Below are positions 21,623-32,580 of a stretch of 64,000 nt of DNA, piece by piece. Within the stretch, counting starts at the first letter, position 1. Each line of letters begins with the position of its first letter. Made by a program: the position numbers and the translations under genes. A model generated the notes under the pieces. That model searched no databases, was not told the DNA's origin, and saw nothing but the letters and a program-made list of their open reading frames with translations. Source of the stretch: Gemmatimonadota bacterium (lineage in GTDB: Bacteria; Gemmatimonadota; Gemmatimonadetes; Palauibacterales; Palauibacteraceae); assembly GCA_965116475.1 (NCBI GenBank), contig OZ220691.1, forward strand, positions 2,400,001 through 2,464,000. The letters are read 5' to 3'.

Positions 21623-22234
21623 ATGCGTCTGCTGCTGTTCAGCGATCTCCACACGGATCTCGCCGCCGCCGCGTCGATCGTCGAGCGGGCCGCCGCCTTC
21701 GACGCCGTCGTCGGGGCGGGCGATTTCGCGGTGAAGCGGCGCGGTCTGGCCGGGATCGTCGAAGTCCTGGCCGCGATCGAGACCCCCACCGTCCTCGTGC
21801 CCGGAAACGGCGAGTCCGCCGACGAACTCTCCGCGGCCTGCCGCAACTGGCCGGCGGCGCACGTCCTGCACGGAGAGGGCGTCGACATCGGCGGCGTGCC
21901 CTTCTTCGGACTCGGCGGCGGCGTACCGGTGACCCCGTTCGGCTCCTGGAGCTACGACTTCACCGAAGAAGAAGCGCGGGACCTCCTCGCGACGTGCCCC
22001 GAGGGCGCCGTCATCGTGTCCCACTCCCCCCCGCTCGGCCACGCCGACGCCGACGCGACCGGCCGCCACATGGGCAGCAAGGCCGTCCTCGAAGCCATCG
22101 AACGGACCTGCCCCCGCCTCGTCGTATGCGGCCACATCCACGGCTCGTGGGGCGTCCGCTCCCAGTCCGGCGACACCCCCATCATCAACGCCGGCCCCCG
22201 AGGCGCGGAATGGCGCCTTGGAGAAGTGCTGTGA
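21623..22234 (+). CDS. Metallophosphoesterase
   Basis: SDLH, GAGDF, VPGNGE, SHSPP, CGHIH. Confidence 0.92.
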   Translation: MRLLLFSDLHTDLAAAASIVERAAAFDAVVGAGDFAVKRRGLAGIVEVLAAIETPTVLVPGNGESADELSAACRNWPAAHVLHGEGVDIGGVPFFGLGGGVPVTPFGSWSYDFTEEEARDLLATCPEGAVIVSHSPPLGHADADATGRHMGSKAVLEAIERTCPRLVVCGHIHGSWGVRSQSGDTPIINAGPRGAEWRLGEVL

Positions 22235-22327
22235 CCAGGAGATCGCTCGCTTGGTCTAGGGAGTTGGGGCAACAGGTCCCGAACCACACCGTACGCGGAG
22301 CTCCGCCCTGAGTTGGGAGAAGCTGGA

Positions 22328-23404
22328 ATGAGACGTTCGAGTAGCTGCTTCGACTTCCTTGGGTTCGTGAGAACAGTCGGTGCAGTGGCCGCGTTGGCCG
22401 CTGGAGGTGCGGATCTGGTAGGTCAGGAGCCCGACTGCGGCGGGCGAGGGGTGCTCCGGGTGGTGGTGTTCGACCAGTCCGGGTCGGTCCCGATTCCGGG
22501 GGCGACGGTCGTCCTGCGGTGGACCGATGCGGAAAGCGCGCGAAGGCCGGTGCGGGAGGACGCCGGGTCCCAGGGGCAACTTGTCCTCTGCGCCCCTCGC
22601 GACGCCCGGCAGGCCACGGTATGGGCCGAGTTCGGGGACGCGTCGAGCGACGAGGCCGTAGTTCCCATCGTGGCTGGGACCTCGCGAGAGGCGAGGCTCC
22701 TGCTTCATCTGGGCCAGGTACGGACGGGACGCCTGATCGGCGAGGTGCGGGACGCTCTCGCCGACAACCCCGTTGCGGCGGCCGCGGTGTCAGTGCTTGG
22801 GGGGACGGAGGTGGCCGAGACCAATCGTATGGGGCGGTTCATCCTGAGCGGCGTCCCGGTCGGCGTCCAGGAGCTTTCGGTGCGGCATCTGGGCTACGCG
22901 CCCCTTACCCATGAGGTCACGGTATCGCGCGGCATCACAACGGAGGTCGAGGTCGGGCTGGTTCCGGAGCCCGTGGAGATGGCGCCGATCGTGGCTACGG
23001 CGCCGAGATCCCGCCGCTTGGAGATCAAGGGGTTCTACGAGCGGAAATACTGGGGCGAACTCGTCAGCGGGGGCACCTTTCTCACCGCCGCCGACATCGA
23101 GCGCCGCAGACCCGTGCTCATCTCGCACATGATTGCCGACGAGGCGGGGATCCGGTTGGAGTGCGGCCTCAGGGTGTCCAGCTGCAGAGTACTGAACAGG
23201 CGGGGAGCCTCGCGGTTTGTGCCCGGCGGCTGTGAGATGAGCATCTGGGTCGATGGCGTCAACATCGGAAAGGGAGGACCTGATACCGTTGTAAGGCCGG
23301 TCGAGATCGCCGGAGTCGAAATCTACAAGGGACCCGCCTCCCTTCCGGCCGAATTCGCCGGATCCGATTCCGGGTGCGGGGTCGTCGTCATCTGGACGAA
23401 GTAA
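22328..23404 (+). CDS. Secreted carboxypeptidase-regulatory-like domain protein with C-terminal TonB-plug-like domain
   Basis: Signal-like N-terminus, TNRMGRFILSGVPVG-VRHLGY, GFYERK, IAGVEIYKGPASLPAEF-CGVVVIWTK; less GC-biased codons than neighbours. Confidence 0.8.
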   Translation: MRRSSSCFDFLGFVRTVGAVAALAAGGADLVGQEPDCGGRGVLRVVVFDQSGSVPIPGATVVLRWTDAESARRPVREDAGSQGQLVLCAPRDARQATVWAEFGDASSDEAVVPIVAGTSREARLLLHLGQVRTGRLIGEVRDALADNPVAAAAVSVLGGTEVAETNRMGRFILSGVPVGVQELSVRHLGYAPLTHEVTVSRGITTEVEVGLVPEPVEMAPIVATAPRSRRLEIKGFYERKYWGELVSGGTFLTAADIERRRPVLISHMIADEAGIRLECGLRVSSCRVLNRRGASRFVPGGCEMSIWVDGVNIGKGGPDTVVRPVEIAGVEIYKGPASLPAEFAGSDSGCGVVVIWTK

Positions 23405-23588
23405 CCCCCGTCCCGTCCCGCCCTTCCCACCCGCAGTCCACATAACCCCCCGGCGCGGATTCAGGTCGCGAGACACCCGCGAAACCCGTAAGTTGTAGGC
23501 TCCTTTCGAGCGTGGCCGGGCTCCTGCCAAAGCCCCCGGCTGCCGCGTCCTCGAGGATCTCGAAAACGCCAGTTTCCAGCGGGAATCC

Positions 23589-26126
23589 ATGACCACCGAG
23601 AGTATAGAACGCGTCGAGCAGAGACCGCTCGAAGAAGAGATGCGCGAATCGTTCATCGACTACTCGATGAGCGTCATCGTGCAGCGGGCCCTGCCCGACG
23701 TTCGCGACGGCCTGAAGCCGGTCCACCGGCGGATCCTGTACGCGATGCACGAGGCCGGCCTCGGCCCGACCCGGCCCTACCGAAAGAGCGCCACCGTCGT
23801 CGGCGATGTGATCGGCAAATACCACCCGCACGGCGATTCGGCCGTCTACGATTCGCTCGTCCGCATGGCGCAGGAGTTTTCGCTCCGCTACCCGCTCGTA
23901 GACGGACAGGGCAACTTCGGGTCCGTGGATGGCGACTCCGCCGCGGCCTACCGGTACACGGAGGCCCGGCTCGCCGGATTCGCGAGCGAGCTCCTCGGGG
24001 ACATCGACAAGAACACCGTCGACCACACCCCGAACTTCGACGATCGGCTGCAGGAGCCGACCGTGCTCCCCTCCGCGCTCCCCAACCTCCTCGTCAACGG
24101 CTCGTCCGGCATCGCGGTGGGCATGGCCACGAACATCCCCCCGCACAACCTCCGCGAGGTGGCCGCCGCCTGTCACCGCCTCATCGAGGCGCCCGCCACG
24201 ACGCTCGACGAGTTGATGGAGATCGTCCAGGGTCCCGACTTCCCGACCGGGGGCACGATCTTCGGCGGCGCCGGGATCCGCGAAGCCTACCGGCAGGGCC
24301 GCGGCCGCGTCGTGATGCGCGCGAAGGCGGATATCGAGGAGGGACGGGACGGCCGCGACCGCATCATCATCCGCGAGATCCCCTTCATGGTGAACAAGAC
24401 CCGCCTCATCGAGCAGATCGCGGGTCTCGTGCGCGACAAGAAAGTCACGGACATCTCCGACCTCCGCGACGAGTCCGACCGGGACGGGATCCGGGTGGTC
24501 ATCGAGCTGAAACGCGACGCGGTGCCGCAGATCGTCCTCAACCAGCTCTTCAAGGGCACGCAGCTCCAATCCACCTTCGGCGTCATCATGCTCGCGCTCG
24601 TAGGCGGCGAGCCGCAGGTGATGGACCTCAAGACGATGCTCGCGCACTTCCTCGAACACCGGCACGAGGTCGTGGAGCGGCGGACGCGCTTCGAGTACGG
24701 CGTGGCGAAGGACCGGGAACACGTCCTCGAGGGGCTCAAGGTCGCGGTCGACAACATCGACGAAGTCATCCGCATCATCCGCGCCTCCCCCGAGACGGAG
24801 GTCGCGAGCGCGGAACTCCGCTCCGCCTTCGATCTCAGCGAGCGCCAGGCCGACGCGATCCTGAACATGCGGCTCGCGCGCCTCACGGGCCTCGAGATCG
24901 AGAAACTCGAGGAGGAACTGGAGAAGGTCCGCGCGCGCCGGCAGGAACTCGAGGCCATCCTCGCCTCGCGCGACCTGCGGATGGAGATCGTCGGGAACGA
25001 GCTGTCGACCCTCGTCGACAAGTTCGGGGACGAACGCCGAACCGAGATCGTGCCCGACACCTCGGACCTCACCGATGAGGACCTCATCGCCGAAGAGCGG
25101 ATGGTCATCACCGTCTCGCACACCGGCTACATCAAGCGCATCGAGCCCCAGGTCTACCGGGCGCAGCGGCGCGGGGGGCGCGGGATCGCGGGCATGGGCA
25201 CGAAGGAAGAGGACTGGGTGGAGCACCTCTTCCTCGCCTCCACCCACGACTACCTCCTCATCTTCACGACCGCGGGCCGGATGTACTGGCTCAAGGTGTA
25301 CCAGATTCCCCCCGCCCGGCGGACCGCGCGCGGGAAGCCGATCGTGAACCTGCTCCAGATGGCGAAGGACGAAAAAATCGCTTCCATCGTCAGGGCGCGG
25401 GAGTTCACCGAGGACCGCTTCCTCATCTTCGCTACCCGCCGCGGACTGGTGAAGAAGACAAGCCTCGCCGCCTACCGGAACGTCCGCGCTCCGGGTCTTC
25501 GCGCCATCAACATCCTCGAGGACGACCGGCTCATCGACGTCAAGGTCAGCGACGGCTCGAACGATGTCGTCCTTGCGACACGACGGGGGAGGGCGATTCG
25601 GTTCCGCGAAGGAGACGTGCGGGAGGTTGGGCGCGTCGCCCAGGGTGTACGCGGCATCAGGCTCCAGGGGGGAGACACCGTCGTCGGAATGGTGGTCGCG
25701 CGGCGGGGCGGCTCCCTCATGACCGCGACGGATCTGGGGATCGGCAAGCGGAGCCACGTAGACGACTATCGCCTCACGAGACGCGCCGGACAGGGAGTGA
25801 TCAACCTGAAGGTCACGGAGCGGTCGGGTGAAGTGGCGGCGATCCGGGAGGTGACGGACGACGACGAGTTGATGTTCGTGACCCGCAACGGCGTCATAAA
25901 CCGGCAACGGGCAGCGGAGATCCGCGTGATCGGACGCAACACGCAGGGCGTGCGGCTCGTTTCCCTCGACGATGGGGATGAGCTCGTGGATGTCGCCGGT
26001 CTGATCGATCCGATCGGGACGGACGAGGGGGAGGATGAAGATCGGGAGCCGGACGCCTCGGTCCGCGCCGATGGCGAGTCCGAGCTGAGCGACCCCGCAG
26101 GCGCCGAAGCCGGGAACGCCGAGTGA
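23589..26126 (+). CDS. gyrA: DNA gyrase subunit A
   Basis: [30 protein letters not shown], GyrA-box QRRGGRG, pinwheel repeats, acidic tail. Confidence 0.98.
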   Translation: MTTESIERVEQRPLEEEMRESFIDYSMSVIVQRALPDVRDGLKPVHRRILYAMHEAGLGPTRPYRKSATVVGDVIGKYHPHGDSAVYDSLVRMAQEFSLRYPLVDGQGNFGSVDGDSAAAYRYTEARLAGFASELLGDIDKNTVDHTPNFDDRLQEPTVLPSALPNLLVNGSSGIAVGMATNIPPHNLREVAAACHRLIEAPATTLDELMEIVQGPDFPTGGTIFGGAGIREAYRQGRGRVVMRAKADIEEGRDGRDRIIIREIPFMVNKTRLIEQIAGLVRDKKVTDISDLRDESDRDGIRVVIELKRDAVPQIVLNQLFKGTQLQSTFGVIMLALVGGEPQVMDLKTMLAHFLEHRHEVVERRTRFEYGVAKDREHVLEGLKVAVDNIDEVIRIIRASPETEVASAELRSAFDLSERQADAILNMRLARLTGLEIEKLEEELEKVRARRQELEAILASRDLRMEIVGNELSTLVDKFGDERRTEIVPDTSDLTDEDLIAEERMVITVSHTGYIKRIEPQVYRAQRRGGRGIAGMGTKEEDWVEHLFLASTHDYLLIFTTAGRMYWLKVYQIPPARRTARGKPIVNLLQMAKDEKIASIVRAREFTEDRFLIFATRRGLVKKTSLAAYRNVRAPGLRAINILEDDRLIDVKVSDGSNDVVLATRRGRAIRFREGDVREVGRVAQGVRGIRLQGGDTVVGMVVARRGGSLMTATDLGIGKRSHVDDYRLTRRAGQGVINLKVTERSGEVAAIREVTDDDELMFVTRNGVINRQRAAEIRVIGRNTQGVRLVSLDDGDELVDVAGLIDPIGTDEGEDEDREPDASVRADGESELSDPAGAEAGNAE

Positions 26127-27121
26127 CCGGGGCTGTCGCCACCCTCGTTTCACTCGCCGACGTCGAGGCCGCGCACGAGCGGATTCGCGGAGCGGTTCGG
26201 CGTACGCCGCTCATCCCCGCCCCGTTCCCGCGCGCGGGCGGGCGCGGGGCGACCGACGCGCCGGACGGCGTGTGGCTGAAGTGCGAGAACCTCCAGCGCG
26301 TCTCCGCCTTCAAGGCGCGCGGCGCGTACAACTACGTGAGCCGGCTCTCGCCGGAGGCGCGGGCCGCGGGCCTCCTCACCTATTCGTCGGGCAATCACGC
26401 GCAGGCCGTGGCGTGGGCCGCCCGCGCGTTCGGCGTGCCGGCGCGAATCGTGATGCCGGTCGATGCCCCGGGCGTGAAGCGTGAGGCGACGATCGCCCTC
26501 GGGGCGGAGGTCGAACTCGAAGGCACGACGTCGGCCGAGCGCAAGGCGCGCGCCGAGCAGATTCAGCGCGAGGTCGGCGGGACGATGGTGCCGCCGTTCG
26601 ACGACCCCGACATCATCGCGGGGCAGGGGACCGTGGCCCTCGAGATCATCGAGCAACTCGGCTCCCGGGAACCGGGGATGGTGCTGGCCCCGATCGGCGG
26701 CGGCGGGCAACTGTCGGGCGTCGCGGCCGCCGTGCGGCGCCGGTGCCCGGAGGCCGAGGTGATCGGCGTCGAGCCCGAGGGGGCGGCCTCGATGCTGCGC
26801 TCGCTCGAGCACGGCGGGCCCGTCACGCTCGACCGTGTGTCCACGGTCGCCGACGGCCTCAAGCCGGTCCGCCCCGGCGACCTCACCTTCGCCCACTGCC
26901 GCGACCTGGTGGATCGCGTGATCACGGTCGACGACGAGGCGATCCGGGACGCCGTGCGCTGGCTCTTCGGTCTGCGGCTCGTCGTGGAACCATCCGGAGC
27001 CGCCACGGTGGCGGCGCTCCTCGGCGGCGCGGTGACGCCCGCGGCGCGGGGAGAGACCGTGGCGATCCTGTCCGGCGGCAACATCGAGCCCGCGCTCCTC
27101 GCCGACTGGGTCGGCGGTTGA
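26123..27121 (+). CDS. PLP-dependent threonine/serine dehydratase
   Basis: [38 protein letters not shown]. Confidence 0.93.
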   Translation: MTGAVATLVSLADVEAAHERIRGAVRRTPLIPAPFPRAGGRGATDAPDGVWLKCENLQRVSAFKARGAYNYVSRLSPEARAAGLLTYSSGNHAQAVAWAARAFGVPARIVMPVDAPGVKREATIALGAEVELEGTTSAERKARAEQIQREVGGTMVPPFDDPDIIAGQGTVALEIIEQLGSREPGMVLAPIGGGGQLSGVAAAVRRRCPEAEVIGVEPEGAASMLRSLEHGGPVTLDRVSTVADGLKPVRPGDLTFAHCRDLVDRVITVDDEAIRDAVRWLFGLRLVVEPSGAATVAALLGGAVTPAARGETVAILSGGNIEPALLADWVGG

Positions 27122-27840
27122 CCGTCTCCAACGGCGCTCCGTCATGGGCTGCGAAGCTCGTGCTGTTCGACATCGACGGGACGCTGGTGCACGCGGCGGG
27201 GGTCGGCCGCGCGGCCATCGAGGGCGCGATGGTCGAAGTGTACGGGACGCCCGGTCCCATCGACGATCTCCCCTTCGACGGCATGACGGACCCGCAGATC
27301 GTGCGCACGCTCCTCCGCGCCGAAGGCCTGTCCGAAGCCGAGATCGCGCCGGGGTTCGACCGACTGTGGCCCGCCTACGCAGCCCGGCTGGAAGACGAGA
27401 TCGACGAGCGGCGCGAACGAATGCGCCCGACGCCGGGCGTCCCCGAGATCCTCGATGCGCTCGAGGCCGAGGGGGCGACGCTCGGGCTCCTGACGGGCAA
27501 CATCGTCTCCGGCGCCGAGGGCAAGCTTTCGGCGGTCGGGCTCTGGGGCCGCTTTCCGTTCGGCGCCTTCGGATGCGACGACGCGGACCGGAACCGCCTG
27601 CCGCCCATCGCGCTCGAGCGGGCCTTCCGCCACACCGGCACGCGCTACGGCCCGGGCCGCACCTGGATCATCGGGGACACCCCGCACGACATCGAGTGCG
27701 CCCTCGGGTCCGGTCTCTCCGTGCTCGGCGTGGCCACCGGGCGCTTCTCCGTGGACGACCTTCGCCGGGCCGGCGCCGATGAAGCTCTTGCCTCGCTCCG
27801 GGACACCGGCCGCGTGATGTCGGCCCTGGCAAGCGCATGA
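27118..27840 (+). CDS. HAD family hydrolase
   Basis: LFDIDGTL, LLTGN, IGDTPHD; TTG start overlapping the upstream stop (start uncertain). Confidence 0.9.
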   Translation: MTVSNGAPSWAAKLVLFDIDGTLVHAAGVGRAAIEGAMVEVYGTPGPIDDLPFDGMTDPQIVRTLLRAEGLSEAEIAPGFDRLWPAYAARLEDEIDERRERMRPTPGVPEILDALEAEGATLGLLTGNIVSGAEGKLSAVGLWGRFPFGAFGCDDADRNRLPPIALERAFRHTGTRYGPGRTWIIGDTPHDIECALGSGLSVLGVATGRFSVDDLRRAGADEALASLRDTGRVMSALASA

Positions 27841-29306
27841 ACCAGAGTCCGGAACACGACCCGAAGGCGTATCGCTTCGACGTTCACCCGGCGGGCGAGC
27901 CGATGCGGGCGCAGGTCTCGGTCGTCTGCACGCCGGCCGGGATTCACTTCGAGGACCGTCAGATCCCGCTCGCGTCCGTGTTCTGGGTCTCGCGGCGGGC
28001 CGGCCTCATTCTCGTCTTCGCCCGGCGGCACACCGTCGCCTTCTTCGGGGGCAGCGGAGATCTGGAGGACTTCGCCCGCAGCGTGGAACGGGGCAGCGAT
28101 GTCGCGGGCCGCCGCGCTCTCCTGAGGCCGCTGGCCGCCGATGTCGTCGTGTGTACCGCCGGCACCGAGATCGCGGGCAGGTTCGGCGACGCGCCCCTCG
28201 AGGGACTCTACCTCGCGGTGTTCACGAGGCGGGGGCTGCACCTCTTCGCCGAAGAGCACGAGTACACCCTGCGCTGGCCGACCGAGCACGCGGCCGAGAC
28301 TGCGTCCGAGGCCGTCGCCGAGACCGCGGCCGAGACCGCCGCCGACGCTCATGGAGACGGCCGCCCCGTCCTCGAACTCGCCAAGGGGGATGCGTCCTTC
28401 GAGATTCGCTACCTCTTCCCGGAGGAAATCCGCGCCGTGCTCGAGGTTGCCGGCACCGTCCCGGCGCCTCCGGACGCCGACGACGCCCTGGAGATGTTCG
28501 ACAAGGGCGAAGTCGCGCGCCCCTTGCGGCCGCGACTGCCCGATTTCTCCGTGGGCGCGGACACGCTGCAACAGGTGTGCGAGGCGGCCGTCGACCGCGT
28601 GCGGATCGACCCTTCGATCGGCGAGAGCTTCGACCGGCGCTACTTCGAGCGGCACTTCCGGACGCTCGGCGAGATCGCGCTGGGCCCGCTCATGCTGCGG
28701 CGCTCCGCCGCGCTCGAAGCCGACTCCGTCGCCGGCACCGTTCAGGCCATGGATGCCGAGCAGATGCGGCAGGACGCGACCGCCGCGTTCCGTGGCGCCG
28801 CGGAAGAGCTGGCACGAGTGTACACGGCGGAAGTGCAGGCGGTCGTCAGGGCCAAGCGCCTCGACCGGGAGAAGGGCGAGAAGGCGCTGGCCGTGGCGGC
28901 GGAACCCGCCCTGTGGGAGGCGATGTCGGAGCACATCGACGCCCTGAACCCCGCGTTCGACGCCGCGCACGCCCGGCAACAGCTCCTCCTGCAACTGTTG
29001 CACGCGCGCGATCTCGCCCCGCCCGAGGCGGAGGAAGCGAGCGTCGAAGAGGCAATCCGGGCCTGGATGGACGAGGTGACGAAGCTCGACCGCGCGTACG
29101 TCTCCGCGGCCGCGGCGGCGCTGCTCGAAATCGGGGCGCTGTGGTCCGATCGCATGATCCCCGGCCTCCGGGCGCTGGCAGCCCTTCGCGCCCGACGCTT
29201 GTCGAAGCGGGGCCGATGGGCGATTCTCGCGATAGTGGCGTTCTTCGTCGTCGCCGCGCTGGCCTGGCTGGCCCGGGACCTGATCCCCGGCTGGCCCGGG
29301 ACCTGA
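27837..29306 (+). CDS. Hypothetical protein with C-terminal membrane anchor
   Basis: ATGA overlap with the HAD gene, GC3-biased codons, C-terminal hydrophobic helix. Confidence 0.8.
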   Translation: MNQSPEHDPKAYRFDVHPAGEPMRAQVSVVCTPAGIHFEDRQIPLASVFWVSRRAGLILVFARRHTVAFFGGSGDLEDFARSVERGSDVAGRRALLRPLAADVVVCTAGTEIAGRFGDAPLEGLYLAVFTRRGLHLFAEEHEYTLRWPTEHAAETASEAVAETAAETAADAHGDGRPVLELAKGDASFEIRYLFPEEIRAVLEVAGTVPAPPDADDALEMFDKGEVARPLRPRLPDFSVGADTLQQVCEAAVDRVRIDPSIGESFDRRYFERHFRTLGEIALGPLMLRRSAALEADSVAGTVQAMDAEQMRQDATAAFRGAAEELARVYTAEVQAVVRAKRLDREKGEKALAVAAEPALWEAMSEHIDALNPAFDAAHARQQLLLQLLHARDLAPPEAEEASVEEAIRAWMDEVTKLDRAYVSAAAAALLEIGALWSDRMIPGLRALAALRARRLSKRGRWAILAIVAFFVVAALAWLARDLIPGWPGT

Positions 29307-29328
29307 TTCACGACAGGGAGTACGACAG

Positions 29329-30084
29329 ATGGCAAGGAAGATGGCACAGCAGACGAGCGCTCCCGCGCGCAAGAACCGGTGGTTCCCGATCGCCCTGGTC
29401 GTGATCGTGGCCGCCGGCGGGTACTGGCTCTTCGTGGGGGGCGGACAGAGCGGCTCGGGTCCGCCGCCGACACCCGCCGAACTGGCCGAGGTGCTTGCCG
29501 CGGCAGAAGCGGACCCCGCCGTCGGTTACGAGCTGGCGGAGTCGGCCCCGGTCACGATCGAGGAGTTCTACGATCCGTCGTGTCCCGCCTGCGCGCAGTT
29601 CTCGGGCTTCCACGGGAAGCTCCTGCGGCAGAACTACGTCGAGCCGGCGAACGGCCCGGTGCGCTGGGTCTCGTACACCATCATCCTCGGCACCTTTCCC
29701 AACTCGGTCGCCGCGGCGCTGGCGGAGCGCTGCGCGAACGAGCAGGGCCTGTACTGGCCCGTTCACGACCTCCTGCTCGCTCGCCAGACGCGCTGGTACC
29801 TGGAACAGGATCCCGCCGGCGCGATCGCCGAAATCGCCCGGGACGGGGGCGTCGACTCCGACACCTTCAACGAGTGCATGCGCGAGCGCCGCTATCTCGA
29901 TGACGTCGCCAAGTCGCAGAGGGTCGCCGAGTCGCGGGGCGTGAACTCCACCCCCACGATTTTCGTGGACGGAGAGCGCGTGAACTGGCAGGGCGCCGAC
30001 CCCTATACGTTCCTGGAGGGGATGATCCGGACCCGGTTGGAGGAGATGTCGTCCGCCGACGCTTCTTCAGAGGGAGCGCCGTAA
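29329..30084 (+). CDS. DsbA family thioredoxin-fold protein
   Basis: N-terminal TM, EFYDPSCPAC, GVNSTPTIFVDG (cis-Pro loop). Confidence 0.92.
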   Translation: MARKMAQQTSAPARKNRWFPIALVVIVAAGGYWLFVGGGQSGSGPPPTPAELAEVLAAAEADPAVGYELAESAPVTIEEFYDPSCPACAQFSGFHGKLLRQNYVEPANGPVRWVSYTIILGTFPNSVAAALAERCANEQGLYWPVHDLLLARQTRWYLEQDPAGAIAEIARDGGVDSDTFNECMRERRYLDDVAKSQRVAESRGVNSTPTIFVDGERVNWQGADPYTFLEGMIRTRLEEMSSADASSEGAP

Positions 30085-30088
30085 CCCC

Positions 30089-30529
30089 GTGAGTGAACTG
30101 AACCGGCGCCGGGGGATCGCGCTCCTGGCGCTGGCCGGCGCCTTCCTCTCCACCTACCTCTTCCTCTACGCGCTCGGCTACTATGGCGAACTCGTGTGCG
30201 GCGCGGGCGGTGGCTGCGATCTCGTCCAGGGGTCGCGCTGGGCCCGCTTCCTCGGATTCCCCGTGGCGGGCTGGGGCGTGGGCTGGTACGTAGCCGTGTT
30301 CGGCGTTTCGATGCTGGGGACCCGGGACGGCATCGGCGCCGCCGGTTGGATCCCGCGTGTGCTGGCCATCCTCGCCCTGGGCGGACTCGCCTTCACGATC
30401 TACCTGACGGCGCTCGAACTCTGGGTCATCCACGCCATCTGCCGCTGGTGCGTGGGCAGCGCCGCCATCACCCTCGGAATCTTCCTCCTCACCCTCCCCG
30501 AGTTCCGCGCGCTCCGCCGCTCGGGCTGA
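30089..30529 (+). CDS. Vitamin K epoxide reductase (VKOR) family protein
   Basis: C-x5-C, S-WA-FLG-PVA, ICRWC; directly after dsbA. Confidence 0.93.
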   Translation: MSELNRRRGIALLALAGAFLSTYLFLYALGYYGELVCGAGGGCDLVQGSRWARFLGFPVAGWGVGWYVAVFGVSMLGTRDGIGAAGWIPRVLAILALGGLAFTIYLTALELWVIHAICRWCVGSAAITLGIFLLTLPEFRALRRSG

Positions 30530-30544
30530 CGCACCCGGGCCGGT

Positions 30545-31492
30545 TCAGGAACCGGGGGGGCGGAGTTCGTTCCAGCGCTCGATGAAGGCCACCGCGGCGT
30601 CGACGAAGATCTCGGTGGCGACCCGGCCGCGCTCGACCGTAGCTTCGGCGGGATGGCGCGTGCCCCACACGCCCGTGGACGACATCTCCGCGGACGAGGT
30701 GCCCTTGCCGGTCGACTCGTCCTTGAGCCCCTCCGCGAGGAACACGGCGAGCGCCGTCGGGTCGCCGGCCAGCACGTCCGGGAGCATCGCCTCCAGGTGG
30801 GCCGGCATCGCGACCTTCGCCGGGACCGCCGCGTCGATGTCCACCAGTGTCGGCATCAGATAGAGCGAACTCGAGGTCTCGGGCGTCCCGCCGTGCCGGT
30901 CCAGTTCGTCGGGCGGCGGCGCCGGGACGGCGGCCATCCGGTTCCGATCCCGGAACGGCCCCGACACGGCGCCCAGGTCCACCGCGATCCCCGCCGTCTC
31001 CTGGTTGATGCGGTCCACGATGAACGTCGTGATGGCCCGGTTCCCGCCGTGCGCGTTCATGATCAGGAAGCGCTTGAACCCGTGCGCGATGAGGCTCTTC
31101 ACCGCCTCGACGTACACCTCCTGCACGAGCGGAGAGGGCAGCGTGATCGTCCCCTCGAACCCCATGTGATACGGGGACTGCCCCGGCAGCAGGATCGGCG
31201 CCACCAGGACGTCGGCCCGCTGCGCCACGAGCTTCGCCTGCTCGACCCCGTTCAGGTAATCGGTGCCGATCGGCAGGTGGTTGCCGTGCTGTTCCAGCGC
31301 CGCGACCGGGATCAGGACCATGTCGCTGCGCGCGAGAAAGTCCCGCACCTCCGGCACGGTCATGTGCGGCAGGTAGTTCTTCACCTTCTCCTGCGTCCAC
31401 AGCGGGTTCGTCTGCCCGGCCGCCGCCGGAGCGAGAGCGAGGGTAGAGAGGAGCACCAGCGAGAGCGGCGAGATGGGCGAAGATCGTCGCAT
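30545..31492 (-). CDS. Creatininase family protein with predicted signal peptide
   Basis: EQHGNHLPIGTD, NAHGGN, DRHGGTPETS; N-terminal signal ending in AAA. Confidence 0.9.
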   Translation of the reverse strand: MRRSSPISPLSLVLLSTLALAPAAAGQTNPLWTQEKVKNYLPHMTVPEVRDFLARSDMVLIPVAALEQHGNHLPIGTDYLNGVEQAKLVAQRADVLVAPILLPGQSPYHMGFEGTITLPSPLVQEVYVEAVKSLIAHGFKRFLIMNAHGGNRAITTFIVDRINQETAGIAVDLGAVSGPFRDRNRMAAVPAPPPDELDRHGGTPETSSSLYLMPTLVDIDAAVPAKVAMPAHLEAMLPDVLAGDPTALAVFLAEGLKDESTGKGTSSAEMSSTGVWGTRHPAEATVERGRVATEIFVDAAVAFIERWNELRPPGS

Positions 31493-31530
31493 GGGACCGA
31501 CTCCTGTCGTTCTGGAGGCCCCCGGGGGTT

Positions 31531-32421
31531 TCAGGCGGTGGCGCGCCAGAACCCTTCCAGCGCCTCTCCGTCCGGCGAGGCGCGCAGCTTGTCGAAGGCC
31601 CGGTTCCGAATCTGCCGGATGCGCTCGCGGGTCACGCCGAGGAGCGAACCGATCTCCTCCAGCGTCATCTCCTCGCCGTCGTCGAGGCCGTAGTAGAGGA
31701 CGAGGATCTTCCGCTCGCGCTCGGTGAGGTAGCGCTCGAACATCTTCTCGAGGAACTCCCGGCGCGCCTGGTCCTCGACATCCTCCTCGATGTCCGCGTC
31801 GTCCATGCCCGAGAAGCGCTCCCCGAAGGACGCGCTGTCGCGGTCGGACTTGTCGAGCGGCGCGTCGAGGCTGAGTTCGGCGGAGGCCACGCGCCGCAGC
31901 GCGCGCACCGTCTCCACCGGCTCCTCCATCTCCTCGGCGATCTCCCGGTCCGTCGGCGAGCGCCCCAGCTTCTGCGTGAGCGCGGTCTCCGTCCGGGAGA
32001 GCTTGACGAGATTGGAGTTCTGGTTCAGCGGGATGCGCACGGAGCGGGTCTGCTCGGCCAGCGCCTGCAGCACCGTCTGCCGGATCCACCACACCGCGTA
32101 GGAGATGAACTTCACGCCCTTGTCGGGATCGAACTTCTTGACGGCCTTGAGCAGGCCCTCGTTCCCGATGCAGACGAGTTCGGCCAGGTTGAGCCCCCGG
32201 CCCTGGTACTTCTTCACATACGAGATCACGAAGCGCAGGTTCGCCGTGACGAGGCGCTCCGCCGCGTGGCGGTCGCCGGCACGCGCCTTCCGCGCGATCT
32301 CCCGCTCGATCTGCGGGTTCTCGATGAGCGGATAGCGCTCGACGTCCTGCAGATACTGGTCGAAGGAGTCCAGCGCGTGCGTGTCGAAGAACATGCGTCG
32401 GCCTGTAGCCGTCTTCGCCAT
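31531..32421 (-). CDS. RNA polymerase sigma-70 factor (RpoD/RpoS group, no region 1.1)
   Basis: ANLRFVISYVKKY, KFISYAVWWIRQ, TLEEIG--LGVTRERIRQI. Confidence 0.95.
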   Translation of the reverse strand: MAKTATGRRMFFDTHALDSFDQYLQDVERYPLIENPQIEREIARKARAGDRHAAERLVTANLRFVISYVKKYQGRGLNLAELVCIGNEGLLKAVKKFDPDKGVKFISYAVWWIRQTVLQALAEQTRSVRIPLNQNSNLVKLSRTETALTQKLGRSPTDREIAEEMEEPVETVRALRRVASAELSLDAPLDKSDRDSASFGERFSGMDDADIEEDVEDQARREFLEKMFERYLTERERKILVLYYGLDDGEEMTLEEIGSLLGVTRERIRQIRNRAFDKLRASPDGEALEGFWRATA

Positions 32422-32580
32422 ATGAAATCCGAATCCTGACCCGGGTCGGTTGTTGAAAACCATCGCCGCGGGGTGGGCCAACCGGAACTCCGCCCCGCCA
32501 CGGTTCGATCCGATCGCTTTTGATACAAACTTGAGATAATAGAGAAAATCGGAGTGAACCGCACGTTTTCCCGACTGCTT

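Noticed and set aside
23589..26126. gyrA without adjacent gyrB, or possible parC
   Set aside because: The GyrA-box identifies GyrA, and separation from gyrB is common.
23388..26153. Long antisense ORFs over gyrA (also over acs, copA, SSS, kbl)
   Set aside because: Codon-mirror artefacts of GC3 bias with no recognisable motifs.
32490..32520. GGTTCGATCC resembling a tRNA T-arm
   Set aside because: No acceptor stem, D-arm, anticodon arm or CCA could be built; it lies in the sigma factor upstream region.
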